A DNA stretch of 64,000 nt from Mustelus asterias (lineage: Eukaryota): positions 21,266,001 through 21,330,000 of the forward strand of contig NC_135808.1 in assembly GCF_964213995.1 (NCBI RefSeq), read 5' to 3'. The notes under the pieces are model-generated. The model worked only from the letters and a program-made list of their open reading frames with translations. It was not told the DNA's origin and made no database searches. Numbering within the stretch: position 1 is the first letter of the stretch; the number at the start of each line of letters is the position of its first letter. The translations under genes and the position numbers were made by a program. Shown here one piece after another: positions 11,489 through 24,938 of this stretch.

Positions 11489-12793
11489 ATGATGGAAGAC
11501 TCATCAATGCCAAATGAATCCCTCAACAACTCAACAAGCTTGATTGAAGGATTGAGACCTTACACAACGGTCGAAATGCTCTTCATTGTGACTCTGACAG
11601 GATCTTTAAGCCTGGTGACAATTATAGGAAACATTCTGGTCATCGTTTCTATCAAAGCAAACAGACATTTACAAACTGTTAACAATTACTTTCTTTTCAG
11701 CTTGGCCTGTGCTGATTTTATTATTGGTGTGTTTTCTATGAATCTATACACCATTTACATTGTTATTGGCTACTGGCCTTTGGGTTCAGTGATATGTGAT
11801 TTATGGCTTGCTCTGGATTATGTTGTCAGTACTGCCTCTGGGATGAACCTCCTTATCATCAGCTTTGATCGTTATTTGTGTGTGACAAAGCCTCTGAGCT
11901 ACCCCATGAAGAGAACAGTGAAAGTTGCAGGGATAATGATCACTGTTGCTTGGGTGCTGCCGTTTAGCATCTGGGCTCCTATCATTCTCTTCTGGCAATT
12001 CATCGTAGGGGAGCGGATAGTCAGTGAGGGTGAGTGTTATGTACAGTTCCTCACAAATCCAGGTGCCATCGTCGGCACTTCCGTAGCTAGCTTCTATACC
12101 CCTGCGTTCATCATAATTATCCTGTCCGTGCAAATAGCCCGTGCCAGCAAAAGTCGAATGAAAGCGAATAAAAAGGAGAAAAATGATGACAGCATATCAG
12201 GTGCTCCTGACGGGTTGTCAGAGGTAAAACAGCAAAATGTCAAAATAACTGGAGAAATAGTAGCTGATAGTTGGAGCCATGAGGAGAAACGGTTTCTCGA
12301 TAAATCACCAGTTCCCAGTATGGCCCCATCAAACCCTTTCAGGATGGTGAACCCCAAACTGTCTTCCATAAATGTAGGTAGCCAATATGAAACAAATGGC
12401 GACTGTGGTAGCATAAGCAGAATAGTGCCAGGTGTAAGCAGCAACAATGGGAATGACTGAGATATCAGAACTGACAATAAGATGATTACAATGACCACAA
12501 CACATGCTGAAAAGAGGAAGGGAACTGCGTCCCGAGAGAAGAAAGTGACTAGAACCGTCCTGAGTATACTCATTGCATTTATCGTCACCTTTACCCCATA
12601 CTTTGTCATGGTGATCATTTACACCATTTGTTCAAGCTGTGTCCCCTACACAGCCTGGACTATTGGATACTGGCTCTGTTATATCAATAGCACCGTCAAC
12701 CCATTGTGCTACGCGCTGTGTCATCCAACCTTCAAGAAAACCTTCAAGCGCCTTCTCATATGTCAATACAAGAACATCGGTACGATACGATAA
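11489..12793 (+). pseudogene. Muscarinic M2/M4-like receptor split by one nonsense codon in ICL3 (R324*)
   Basis: Protein matches 42173-43477 except AGA>TGA at 12458-12460 and NPLCY vs NPMCY; acceptor AG at 11469-11470. Confidence 0.9.
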
Positions 12794-14587
12794 ACCCGGC
12801 CACAAACCGCATTTTAGGAACACTTTCTACAGCCTGATCATGATAACTCTTGAAAGGGAAAATTAATAGATTGAGTAAGTTAGAGTAAAATCACATGCGT
12901 GTCAAATGCGTTCCTAATGGAAGCAGAACTCGCCTGCAAGGTTGTCTACTTTTTAGAAGAACCTATAGCTTGATGATAGATTACAGACAAGCTTTTGGGC
13001 GCAGTTTTAACACGAGACAGATCTGAATTTTAAAAAAATCTGTGTATTGACTAATTGTACAGCAGTCTGTATCTTTGTATTGGAGCTGAGAGTTGTATTT
13101 CAATGTTGTTCCTGTGATTATTATATCAGGGAGCTGTGTTAGAGCTGTGTCAGAGGATGGTGATCCAGATGTTTCTCTCCATGCTTGAAACATGAATAAA
13201 CTATTGTAACATGTTCCTTGGTGCATGGTGGTTATTTGGAAGAAGTCCACTATGACAATTTGCTGGAGTCAGCTGGATATTCGTATTGTTTAATCGGAAT
13301 AGCTCTTAAACAGGGTTGAATATATTTTGTTCACCGTCCTGTTAGTGCAGCAAACCTGCCCAGTGGTCCAGTGAAGTAACAAATGAATGTTAAATGAGAA
13401 CTCAGGACAGGGAGTGTAATAGTATGTGGCAGAGCTGTGGTTGTGGCTTAGCGATGCCAAAGACGCACAGGCAGGCCAGACCACTACCATGTGGAGTTCA
13501 GGTTGCAGAGCCATGCAAGTGGGATACAGTTAGAAAAGATAATAGCAAAAGCTTCACAGGGAGGCCAAACCCCTCAAACTATAGAGCAAGTAGACAAGTT
13601 GATCGGAACCACAACGTTTCAAAATCAAACTGTGCAGAGACAGGGAGCGGGATTATTCGACCTCGCTCTGGCGAGATCGTAAAATACTCTCCCCTTCGAG
13701 ACGGCACAGTTTGATTTTGAACTATTGTGGGTTGAAATTAACAACACTTCCCGCCCCCGCCCCCTCCGCGCCCCCCCACCCCCCCCCCCCCCCGCCCTCT
13801 CCTGCTTGATAAGAAAATGCTGGGGTGTGAGGTTCATCATGACATCTGCAATGCCGTATCCCACAACCTTCCTTCCAAGTTACTTTGCCCAGTTGAAGGA
13901 ACATGTGAGTCAAGTCATTGTTGAAGCAGGTGCTGTTCATGAGCATTATAGAATCAAAGAATTAATTTGGAAAGAGAACTGACATCCACTTAATTTGAGC
14001 ATCTGTGAGCTTCTGTTTAAGATAAATATGAACTGCGCTAGGATTCAAAGGAATTGTGTTTGAGTTTGTAATTAAAAATTACGAAGGCCAGTTTGTTGTT
14101 AAAACATACAGATAAGTCAAAAGTTTGGCAACAACCCAATATGAAATTTCCAAAACATTTCACTTAGAAATATTGGCATTCGATTAACAACACATTTGCA
14201 ACTTTGATTCAGTAGCAGATAGGAAACTCAAATTGGTTTATAAGAGAAAAAAAATAGAGAAAAGAGATGAAATTTGCACAAAATTGAAGAAATTAGAACG
14301 AGAAGTTTCTTAAGTCGATATGAAGCATCACAATTTCATATCAATTTTTCTCCGCCCACCCGCCGCCACTTCAGGTCCTGCAGACCTGCTGATCTTTATC
14401 AAAATCTCCTGCCGGAGCTTGTTCCCAATGTGATTTATGTCTGGACATATTAACTCATTGGGCTTGTGGACAGATGGATTTTTTGATATTTTATTTTAAA
14501 CAAGTGTTGATGGTTTCCGACCCCGTGTGAGGCCAGCAGTTGTTAGAATTAAAGCACAGAATAGAATACTTTATCTTTCAGAAAGGT

Positions 14588-14925
14588 GGGCAGCATGGTG
14601 GCACAGTGGTCAGCACTGCTACTTCGCAACTCTAGGGACCCGGACTCGATTCCCCGTCTGGATCATTGTCTATGTGGAGATTGCACGTTCTCCCCGTGTC
14701 TGCATGGGTTTACTCCGGGTGCTCCGTTTCCTCCCACTGTCCGAAAGATGTACGGCTACGTTGATTGGCCATTCTAAATTGTCCCATAGTGTCTCAGGAT
14801 CCGTAGGCTAGAGGAATTAACGGGGTAAATATGTAGGGTTACGGGGATAAGGCCTGGGTGGGATCGTTGTAGGTGCAGACTTGATGGGCAGAGTGACCTC
14901 CTTCTGCATTGTGGGGTTTCCATGA
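14588..14925 (+). mobile_element. tRNA-derived SINE
   Basis: gggcagcatggtggcacagtggtcagcactgct head; copy at 39155-39493 (-). Confidence 0.85.
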
Positions 14926-16898
14926 TGTCAAAGCAACAAAGCCTGCTTTTGAAATTGCAGTCGATAAATGGCCGGGTACCAGTTGCTATTGGAAGCATTC
15001 AAGAATCTAATCACTCGATGCGGATGGGAAAGAACAAACAAACAATATTTGTCAATGCCTCGAATTGGTTTCAAAGATATTATGACATTTTTTAATGTTT
15101 TGTTTCACTGTAAATGTTGTAGAATTGCTGGTAGTGTAGTTCGAATATATGTATTAATCTGGGTATTGATAAACATTCTAGTAAAAGGAAAGTATAGATT
15201 AGGTGAATGAGATGACAGATTTCACTTGGAGATATTTGTGCCTTTGTTCAGAATTAAGAGAAGCGAATTTGATAACTTAACTTCCAGCCAAGATTCTGGA
15301 AGCATATATGTATCGTGCGCCATTGTAATGACAGTGGAATCCAGCATGATAACATTGATTGGTAAAACATAGTCGCTATAGACTGATAACATGTCCACAA
15401 ACTCAAAACAAGGCTTTGTGGTAGACGGCAGAGCGATGCCAATAAAGATGACAACAGAACACTGCCGAGTTAAAAAAAATACACACACACGACACGATAT
15501 TCAACGGATCGGGAAATGTGTGAAGATGGCTTGCGAATGTGAGACTCCAAGAGAGGATTTTAAAGAAGGAATCGCAACGCAGGTGTGAGAGAGCCGAAGT
15601 GGTTTGAAGCTTGTGGATTAACCAGAATACAAGAGTACACGTTGCAGCTGCAATGAAGAAAGGGTGTTGCACAATTAATTGACAAACAGGCTGCCGTTGC
15701 AGTTGTTAATATAGTCTGAAGAAAACATATTTTTTAAATTAACAAGGCACTGACACCAACTCCATAGAGAAATTGAATTTAAGGCCAATTGAAGTAAAAT
15801 GAAATGAAATTTTGGGTTGGAACAAATGAAGGAGATTGAGAAATAAAATTAATAAAAATAAAGTACAACATGTATATAGGTGAAGGGAAAGCTTGAGAAC
15901 ATTTAACATCTATGTAATTGTCATGCTGTCATATGCTATCACTGCTTCGAATACAATTATACAGCTTTAATTATTTCTAAAATTAGTTTTAAAAAGATGG
16001 ATTTGGCAGGAATTGAATTTTTCTACCTTGGGCTAGGCCTAGATCCAAACGTGGGTGACTGAAAAAGGAAATTAATAGATTTGGTGAAAGAGGAAAAGAT
16101 CTAAAACTCCTGCATTACAATAAAAATCACTTGCTAGACAAATGCTATCTCGCAAATTCCTAATATCAGGAGCACATGCCACCGAGGTGAGTGACTTATT
16201 TGAAGAACAGATAGTTTGGATCTAGAAGATTACAGACATGCTTATGGGCAAAGATTTAATGCTAAATCTAAGTAGGCAATATCAGAATTTTAAAACAATG
16301 TTCTGTGTACTGATTAACTACATAGCAGTTTTTATATATGACCTGAAGGAGAAAGTAATATTCGAATGTTTTCCCTTTGATTGCTATATTGGCGAGCTTC
16401 CTTTGAGCAGCATCAGAGGAGTATACTGCTACCGTTGTATGTCCGAGGTAATTCCGTCTAACCCTGTATCATGAATAAACTATTGTAAACTGCTCCTAGT
16501 TATCCTGTGTTCACTTGGAAGAGGTCCACCACAACATTCTCATAACATACATCTAAAGTGCCCATAGTCAATAGCTTCATCGTGTTTGGATGAGGGTCAT
16601 TTCGATGTGGTGAGGCAGTGGTGATGTTCCCAGCTATCTGTTGCCTTTCCCCTTCTAGATGGTCGAGTTCATGTGTTTGGAGGGTGCTGTCTAAGGAGCA
16701 TTGATGCTTCCCTGCAGTGCATCTTGCAGATGGTACGCACAGCTGCCACTATAGGCCTGTGGTACAGAGTCTGAATGATTGTGAAGGGGATAGCAATCAC
16801 GTGATCTGCTTAGATCAAAGAGTGGCAGTCCCAATCTGGGACTTTAGTTCAAATTCTACACTACATTGTAATATAAGGGCGAGGGCTGGAATGATTAA

Positions 16899-17225
16899 GG
16901 GCAGCATGGTAGAACAGTGGTTTATCACTGCTGCCTCACAGCGCCAGGGACCCAGGTTCAATTCCGGCCTCGGATCGCTGTCTGTATGGAGTTTGTACAG
17001 TCTCCCCCTGTCTGCGTGTTTCCTCCTAGTTCTCTGGTTTCCTCCCACGTCCAAAGATGTGCGTGTTAGGTTGATTGGCTATGCTAAAAAAATACCCCTT
17101 TGCGTCAGGGGGATTAGCAGGGTAACTATATGGGGTTACGGGGATAGGACCTGGGTGGGATTGTTGTCAGTGCAGGCTCGATGGGCCGAATGGATCCTTC
17201 TGCACTGTCGGGATTCTATTCTATG
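16899..17225 (+). mobile_element. tRNA-derived SINE
   Basis: gggcagcatggtagaacagtgg head and ctattctatg tail; copy at 36856-37181 (-). Confidence 0.85.
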
Positions 17226-19429
17226 TTTGGTTCTGAGGTCTAGGCTGTAGAGTCGATTAATGCAAACAATACACAATTCAATTCCTCTTCCAGCTGAGGC
17301 ACACTCCGAGTCTGTCTCCACATCCAATCCAGAGTGGAAAAAATCACGGCGTTTAACCGTATTTCGGTGAATATTAGCCAACGACCTGCCCTCACCAGAG
17401 AACTGAAGAAACTCCCACGGCATCAAATCACTCAATACACACAGTGTTTCTTGCATGGATAACCACGATCACCATTTTTTACTATTCTTCCTGAATTCAT
17501 TAGATATAAACAAGTTCATTATTTTGTAGAACAAACTTATAGATATTGAGCAATTACATTTCAATCTGTTGGTTGCTTCTTGTGATCTTGGAATAATTCA
17601 TAGTCCTGTGGCTCAGGCTGAAACCATTGCAACAAATGGATTTTCTTAATCAATTCCTAATCTGTCTCAGCGTTAGGCTCTGCCAGGGTTAAGTTTAATG
17701 TTAACTGAACAGCATCAACTCACTACATTTACATTAAATGAGTTAAATTGGGGGCTGTAGATTATTGGAAGACCTCCGCTGCAACAGAAAGACTCATGTC
17801 CTGGGGAATAAGTGCTCAGGTAAAATCTGTCGCCAAATGCAAAAGGCACGTTTGTGAAATGTAATGGTGTTTTTGCAGCTGTTCTTAGTTTCAATGCGTT
17901 TAGCCTAGTGAGTCAGTAGGGAACTGAAAACCTTAACCCCTGAAATTTGGATTGCTGCTTGATCATAGTACAGGAGATATGTTTGTTATAAAGATGCACA
18001 TTAACAAAACAGAGTTATATAACGCCAGGGATGTAGGAAGCTTTCAGAGTGGTTGAATGAGAAACAAAGAAGATACCAGGACCTGATGTTAAATCAACAA
18101 TATCAACAGAAACACATTTTCTCACCTCAGAATTGAAGGTTTCTTGATCATTTTCAGGAGGTTAGATTTCAAATTCCCTCTGACTTGGATTCTCCAAATT
18201 TATTGGCATATTTCTAATTATCCCACTGTTCTTTTTTCTCAGCCCCTCTGAGCTTTTACATCAGCAGAGTAAACATCCTTCTGCATCAAAGCAGGGTTCA
18301 GTATTGAATCCTTGAATCCTCGTATACCTTCAGTATTAATATGCCTCAATTACACACAGCGGGGCTGGGAGAGTGGGAAGATGGTGTTGGGCTGGGAATT
18401 TTGGATTGATTGGCTGAGGGTGTATGGGTGGCGAGGCGAAGCTGGGAGTAAATTCTGAAATGAGAGAGTTCAGGATTCTGACAGGTCCCTGTCCACCTCC
18501 CCGGGTGGTCAGGCTGGAGATATTTTGAACAGCCGTGTCAGACCAGATCTCCCAATCAATTTGAACAATTCTGGGTGCAATTGTTGGCTGATTGGGAACT
18601 CCGCCGAACATCTTCACTCCAGTGAACAGGCCCCCTTGAGGCAATTGACCAATAGAGTTTGTTTCCTGAGAGCTGGTGTGTGGCAATGCCTCCAGCACAT
18701 CCTCCATTCCTGACCATAGCAGCAGTTTCAGCAGGCAAGCGCTATCCTTGCAGAGGTGCCAGCGGCGCCGGTGGGACTGCATTCCATCCAACGATGCAGA
18801 CTCCCTGATTTGTGAATGCCCACGAACAATCCCTTCCCCCACCTCTGCACCCATCTGAGCTGTCATACCTAGACACTAACGTAGAAATGAGGAGCAGGAG
18901 AATGTCGCTTGACCCTTCAAGAGCCTGATTGTCACCTCAACTTCACATTGGCCCCTTACACCTTCAAGACCTTTCACCTCCTTGCCCATCAAGTGTTTAG
19001 CTAGCCCTGCTGTAAAACAATCAAATCAAATATTGTGCTTCCACTGACCTTTGAGAGAGAGAGTTGTGGTTGGAAATTTCTAACTTCCCTTCTGGTCACA
19101 CCTATATGGTGATATAGAAACGTTGCTTCAATTAGGGATACAATGAACGGCTTGTTAAATGAGTGTAAACAATATCAGGCTCCATGGTCACTAGTGCTGT
19201 CATCAGATGGGGTTCTATTAATAAGATATTCATTTCAAAGTATTACTTCACATCACTCACGATATTGATAGTAATGATGTGGAGCTAATGGCGTTGGACT
19301 GAGGTGGGCACAGTAAGATATCTCACAGAGTTATTTGGAATCACGAGCTTTTGCAGCGCTGCTCCTTCATCAGGTGAGTGAAACACGCGGCTGGGAGGCT
19401 GGAGAATCTCGCCCGATATCTCTTTTCTA

Positions 19430-19700
19430 CGTTCCGATAATGAAAGTTGCCAGTATCCTCAAAGTAAGTCATTTGTTTGGTAATACGTACTGTCTGTCTG
19501 GCTATTTCAATGGAATCTTCAAACTGTGCAAATGGATACCAGTTACTCCTTTGTTACTGCTCTCACTTTGCGGTGGTCATAGAGAGGCTTTGTGGTCCAT
19601 CTGGTTTTGGCGCCATTACAATGTGTGAACTCCAATTTCAGTGACTGGCCTCTCTTTCGTCATTTTGAAGTTTGCGTTAAATTTATTTCGGCGCTTCAGC
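19430..19700 (-). mobile_element. Gypsy reverse transcriptase fragment
   Basis: NWSSHIVMAPKPDG..HRKVRAVTK..YPFAQFEDSIE..DLL*GYWKL (cf. WSSP.V.VPKPDG..DYRKVN..YP.P...DL..GYWQ); copy at 47180-47450 (+). Confidence 0.75.
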
Positions 19701-20269
19701 CAATTTTATAGGATTTAACCAATGTGGATGTAATCTCCTGTGATAATCTGCCAAACATTGTCATGATTTACCCTGTACATTCTGCAATGCCCTATCATGC
19801 TAGTCCTAGACTAATCTGTATACCCTGCTCCAGCAAATATACGCCTTCAGTTCAACCATTGGGAATAATTGGGATTTGGAGAGGGAGTGTGGCGTGCACA
19901 TGGGGAGAATGCAGAAGAAGCAAAATCACAGAGGTATTCTGAATTCGGAATGAGGACAACTGAGTAGCAGCAAAGGATGAGTTGATTAGGACATAACCCC
20001 ACACATCAACATCATGTGTTGACAAAGTGTCTCCCCTGGCCTCTACCCACAGATTTCCTTGTGTGACTGCAACAGCTTTTGTGAGTCATTTCGACAGTTT
20101 CTCCGAAAATAACTGAATATTACTTATAAACTCTTAAGTACTTCCTCATTTTGCAATTTAATCAGAGGAAGGTCAAGTTCAAAGACTTTAGTTCCCGTTT
20201 CCCCCTTTTTACTTACAATTACTAACACCTCCTTCTGTTTAGCCTCCCTGTCCAAGCACGGCTCACGTA

Positions 20270-20680
20270 TGAACATACAGATTCGGAGCAGGGGTAGGGC
20301 ATGCGGCCACTAGCGCCTGCGCTGCCATTCAATAAGGTCATGTTGCTCTAATTGTAAATTGAACCCCACATTCTTGACTTCCCCTGGTAACCTCTCACCC
20401 CTTTTAAATTAAGAATCTATTACATTCAGCCTTCACAATATTCATTGCTCCCACCGCCTTTTGAGGAACGGAGATCGAGGGATTCACCAGCCTCATCTCC
20501 GTGTTACATGAGCGTCCTTCTATTTTGAAACAGTGACCCCTATTTCTAGATTCTCCACAACTTGAAACATCCTCTCCACATCCAACTTATCAATTCGCTT
20601 CAGCATCTTAAAGCTTATGATCGGGTCGCCTCTTGCTTTTCTAAACTCCAGTGGATGCAAACCTCACCTGTCCATCCTTC
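20270..20680 (-). mobile_element. Old CR1 LINE 3' fragment
   Basis: Reverse complement has CR1 RT end and 3' UTR; copy at 46210-46615. Confidence 0.65.
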
Positions 20681-21129
20681 ACGGGATGGCACTCCTGGAG
20701 TTGGTATCCTTATTGGCTGCCTATAGGATGATGTTTCAGGGCAAATAGATTGGGATAAATTATGTGATTGTGATGTAATTTCACTCTGCCATGAATTATA
20801 ATTAAAGCTTCTGTCCTGTGGAAGAATGCGAAAGAAAGTCTCGGGTTAGAGGCAAGGATAATATATTTCCTCTTCAAATATCCGCATTTACTGTTCGTGT
20901 TGGTGACACTGGGCGTCTCCACATGCAGCTATTCATTCGGTAAACTGTTTCCACTGCATCGCGGATGGAAAGTGTAACATCATCTCTCTCTTAGTGTCAT
21001 TCATAGTGATTCTGAGATCTCACGCTGATGCATTTAATTTAGCAATATTAAATACAATACTTTACAACTATAGAACATGGAGGGAGAACAGAATGGGTTC
21101 GTGATTCACCCCTAGAGATGTTTAACGCA

Positions 21130-21462
21130 GAGTTGAGCGCCACGGATCAAACCATTCCCTCATGAGACACAATGGCGAAAAAGAGGAATGCGTTTGGGCG
21201 CAGGCGTGTGTTAAACCTGCGAGTCTGGCACACATTTCACACCTGGTCAAAGATATGCTGCGCTACTAACTGGCGGATTGAAAGGAGTTAACTGAACCTG
21301 TTTGTTTAGTGACTTAATTAATATCAGTCTCTGTAGAACCAATATGTGTCTCTGGAGGTCTCACCCTTCTATTCATAAAGGCCTCTTTCCGCTGCGTTTT
21401 ATCTCTTCTTGTCAGTGGGAGCCTCACCTCCAACAGTAACCAGGATCAGTGGCTCCACAGGA
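21130..21462 (+). promoter_or_regulatory. Conserved promoter/5' UTR block of the GPR139-like genes
   Basis: Homologous at 4220-4585, 59850-60184 and 45422-45750 (-); shared tctattCATAAAggc TATA-like box ~90 nt before the ATG. Confidence 0.5.
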
Positions 21463-24400
21463 ATGGACCAGTGGAAGATAGCCTTCTTCATCCTTGACTT
21501 AGAGAAGGTCTGCTATCCTGTCCTTGCTGCTATCGGCATCCCTGGTAAGTCTATGTATCCGTCTACGAATGATATAATCCATGTCCCACTGCATTAAACT
21601 TCTCATCATTTTAATCAGTAGATTCAGATGTTAGTTAGGTTGATTCAGTGAAATTCTTTCATTCTGTTCTGGATGATGTTTTAATTTGATTTGCATTGAT
21701 TATTAGACAATATTCGCTTTATTCTGAACTCAAGTATGACGCACCCTCAATTTGATCATTGCTCTCCCGTGCTGCCTTCTTCGTAATATTAAAATCTCCA
21801 ACACAGGTTAGAAATCCGAAATCCGGTTCCGCAAGAACATAAATAAGTGTTGACTTGGTTTGTGCTGGTGGTTCAGAATCCACCTCCCGCTGACCAGCTC
21901 ACAACCTGGCATCTCTGCTTTCAGATGTTTCACTTTCTACAGCTATTCTGAAAAAGCTCAGCAGGACCGGCGGCATTTGTGGAGAGATAAAATAGAGTTA
22001 ACATTGCGAGTCCATGTGACCCCACTTCAGAGTCCGAGTCATACGGACTCGAACTCTATCCTCTCACTGCACAGATGCTGCCAGACCTGCTGAACTTAAT
22101 CGGCATTATCGGTTTTTGTTTCAGATAAGGGCGGCACTGTGGTTAGCACTGCGTGTGGTTAGCACTGCGTGTGGCTAGTGTCTGTGTGGGTTTCCTCCGG
22201 GTGCTCCGGTATCCTTCCACAGTCCAAAGATATTGATGGCCATGCTAAATTGACGCTGGTGTCAGGAGGATTAGCAGGGTAAATGAGGGTTACGGGAATA
22301 GGGCCTGGGTGGGATTGTGGTCGGTACAGACTCGATGGGCCGAATGGCACCATTCTGTACTGTAGGGATTCTATGATTCTATTCCAGAATTTGCACGATT
22401 TTACTTTTCTTATATTTGCTAGATGGTTTGAATTTTGAAGAAGTGTGAAGTAAGTTCGCGTATTCCATTGATTTCCAATGGACTCCGGTCCAATTATTGT
22501 TTTAGAAATCATTGAATTCTCTGCAGCTCGTAACCGGTGGGCGAATATCTCAGTCAGCCCCACGGAGGTGATTCTATCAGGTTGACCCGTGCTTTACTGT
22601 AAATATTTCTTATCGTCTTTCATTTTTGCTGCAACACTCAACTCCTTTAACCAGAACAAAAAGGAAAAGAGTCAGATCTGCAGGAACCGATGCCTGATCT
22701 TTTACAAACTGTTATTGTTCATGTGTTATTTCATCCCAGATACGAAATTCAATGTAATGATTGCTCTCATTGAAAGGCAGCCACTGCCTCCAGCAGGTAA
22801 CACGGTCACAAGTACAGATTATTATTGGTTTCGGGTTGGCAGCCTTCAATCAGTGAGGGGTGAAGGGAATGCAGCATAAGAACTGTGACGAGGGCCAGAT
22901 CAGATCGCTGGCTGCAATTTTTCTCAAGGTGGACACGCCGATTCTGCAAAGGGAAAGTCTGCCTCAGTTGCCACCCATGAGGTTGACTCTCGCCATTTTT
23001 GCGGGCAGTCTTCTGCAAGAATGTATCCCCTGCCCATGGCTGATGTAACCATTTGCATCGATCGGCGGCCAGAAATTCTCACTGGTCCTGATTCATGCTG
23101 AGTGCTTTCACGCCTTTGCCACATCATTCCTGAATCGGAAATTTGCTCGCCTTCTGCACAGCATATCCTTAAAGATATAGCCATCGTGCTTCCAATGCAA
23201 AGGCCAACGTCAGTGACCCCCCTCCTTTGCTTGATTGGCGCTAGCATTCCTGCGGAGCTTGTTATATGAAGGACAACTTCACTGATGACTTTGACACCCA
23301 TCCACCCAACTCATACCTGTGTCATAGACATTGGCGTTGGATCCAATTGGTTCTTGGTAGGTGCAAGTTGGACATATTTCATCGCCATACAGCGATGTAC
23401 TGAGAATACAGACTTTGTTACTGAGTATCCTGCTTCTGCAGGTTGTTGTGATTTATTATGTCCACTATGTTCGTCAACCAAAGTTTGAATCTACGTTTCA
23501 ATGAATTCTCTGAGCTCAAAGTCCAGAGATATGTCGCCTGTCGTCAAAGATGCATAGAATCAAAATTTGCTAACTGTTTCCAATAGCGTGCTGTTAAATC
23601 CGATTCACAAACTGAGACAACTCTTTGCCCAATGAATACAGTTTTTATTGGCAGTAATTATGAAGGACAACGTGCTCTGAGCATGGGATATAATTCCCAT
23701 GCGCACATGGAGCTGATCCTCTGTATGCGCACAGATTGCATCATCATAAGCAGCATACCGACGTTGCGTGATCAGGACAGGTCACATTTTGTCTCGGCAT
23801 TTATTCTTTATAATTTCAGATTTTTCCCAATTGATCCTGTGTGGATGTGTTCTTTTAAAAGAGCAGGGAAAATATACGCCAGTAGGACCGTGGAGCGAAA
23901 CAGAGTAGAAACAATTCAACATATCACTAAATAGAATAAAAATGTTTTCGTATGTCAGGAAGTAATCAGTGAAACCGGTGACTGTGCTCCCAACCTGATG
24001 GAAAATATCCTTGTTTATATCTCCTCCTCACAGTTAACGTAGTGACAATTGTTATCCTCTTCCGGGGGAAGTGTGGGCTCTCCAATTGTGTGACCCGCTA
24101 TCTGGTGGCCATGGCAGCAGCAGATCTACTGGTTATTATAATTATTACCGATCTGATGATGAGGCACATTCCAATCATTGATCAGCAAGAGTTGCTTTTT
24201 GTGTACTCCATCCCCAAGTGTAATGTCCACGGTGCCCTGCTTTATGCAGCCATAGACTGTTCTGTCTGGTTCACCGTCACTTTCATCTTTGATCGATTTG
24301 TGGCCATTTGTTGCCAGAAGCTGAAAAGGAAACATTGCGCCAAGAAAACAGCGGCTGTGGCTCTGGGAACAGTGACTTTACTGAGTGGTTTGAAGGAGAT

Positions 24401-24938
24401 CACGTGGTATTTTATATTTTCAGATAGGTATCAGCTGTGGAACGCCTCCTGGTTTTGTTCTGTGCCAAGGAACATTTTGGACTCACCAGTCTGGTTAACA
24501 ATTATACTCCTTCACTACATTCTCACCCCGGGTGTTCCATTTGCTCTGATTGTGCTGCTCAATGTTTTCAGCATTAGACACATTTTATTGTCCAGTAGAG
24601 CCCGTAGAAGACTCCAGGGTCGCAGCAATGGCGAGAGTCCTAGCGTCCCAGAGATGGAAAGTCAAAGAAAATCTCTTGTTTTACTGTTTGCCATCTCTGC
24701 GAATTTCATCCTCTTATGGGCAATGTATGCAGTGTATTACACATGGGCTGCATCGTCGTTCATAGGATATGAATCTGGGCTGTTGCCTCAATTTGTTGAG
24801 GAAATAGGATTCATGCTGCAGCTCCTGAGTTGCTGTACAAAACCTTTTATCTATGCTGTGACTCAAACCGAGTTCAGAGAGCAGTTGATGAATGTGTTCA
24901 AATATCCATTTACTCAACTTGTTAAATTGATTAAATGA
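21463..24938 (+). CDS. GPR139/GPR142-like class A GPCR, 328 aa; join(21463..21544,24034..24938)
   Basis: Exon 1 MDQWKIAFFILDLEKVCYPVLAAIGIP, phase-1 GT-AG intron, exon 2 VNVVTIVIL..YLVAMAAADLL..DCSVWFTVTFIFDRFVAICC..LSCCTKPFIY; 82+905 nt in frame. Confidence 0.88.
22128..22385 (+). mobile_element. Internally deleted SINE with a duplicated head
   Basis: tgtggttagcactgcg repeated twice; standard SINE body and tail. Confidence 0.8.
22830..23860 (-). mobile_element. Decayed RTE-clade LINE in the intron
   Basis: Minus-strand remnants of an RTE RT and C-terminus (KQRRG..W...G..R.I.K and CGN*GRL); homologous to 61290-62340. Confidence 0.6.

Larger units (their letters stand above)
10029..21948 (+). 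repeat. Left copy of the ~12-kb inverted segmental duplication
   Basis: Near-identical ORFs recur on the opposite strand at 35.8-49.0 kb. Confidence 0.95.

Noticed and set aside
12094-12618. 174-190 aa antisense ORFs over the CHRM genes (also 28228-28800 and 42348-42872)
   Set aside because: Shadow frames of the receptor CDS; their similarity follows from the sense-strand gene.
14588-14660. tRNA-like A/B boxes
   Set aside because: SINE heads followed by SINE bodies; no complete cloverleaf.
16717-17250. Recurrent ORFs containing WSLYILPVSAWVSSGCSGF-like peptides
   Set aside because: Translations of SINE sequence.
18336-18866. 176-aa ORF duplicated at 48446-48976
   Set aside because: No recognisable domain; identity is explained by the recent duplication; probably repeat-derived.
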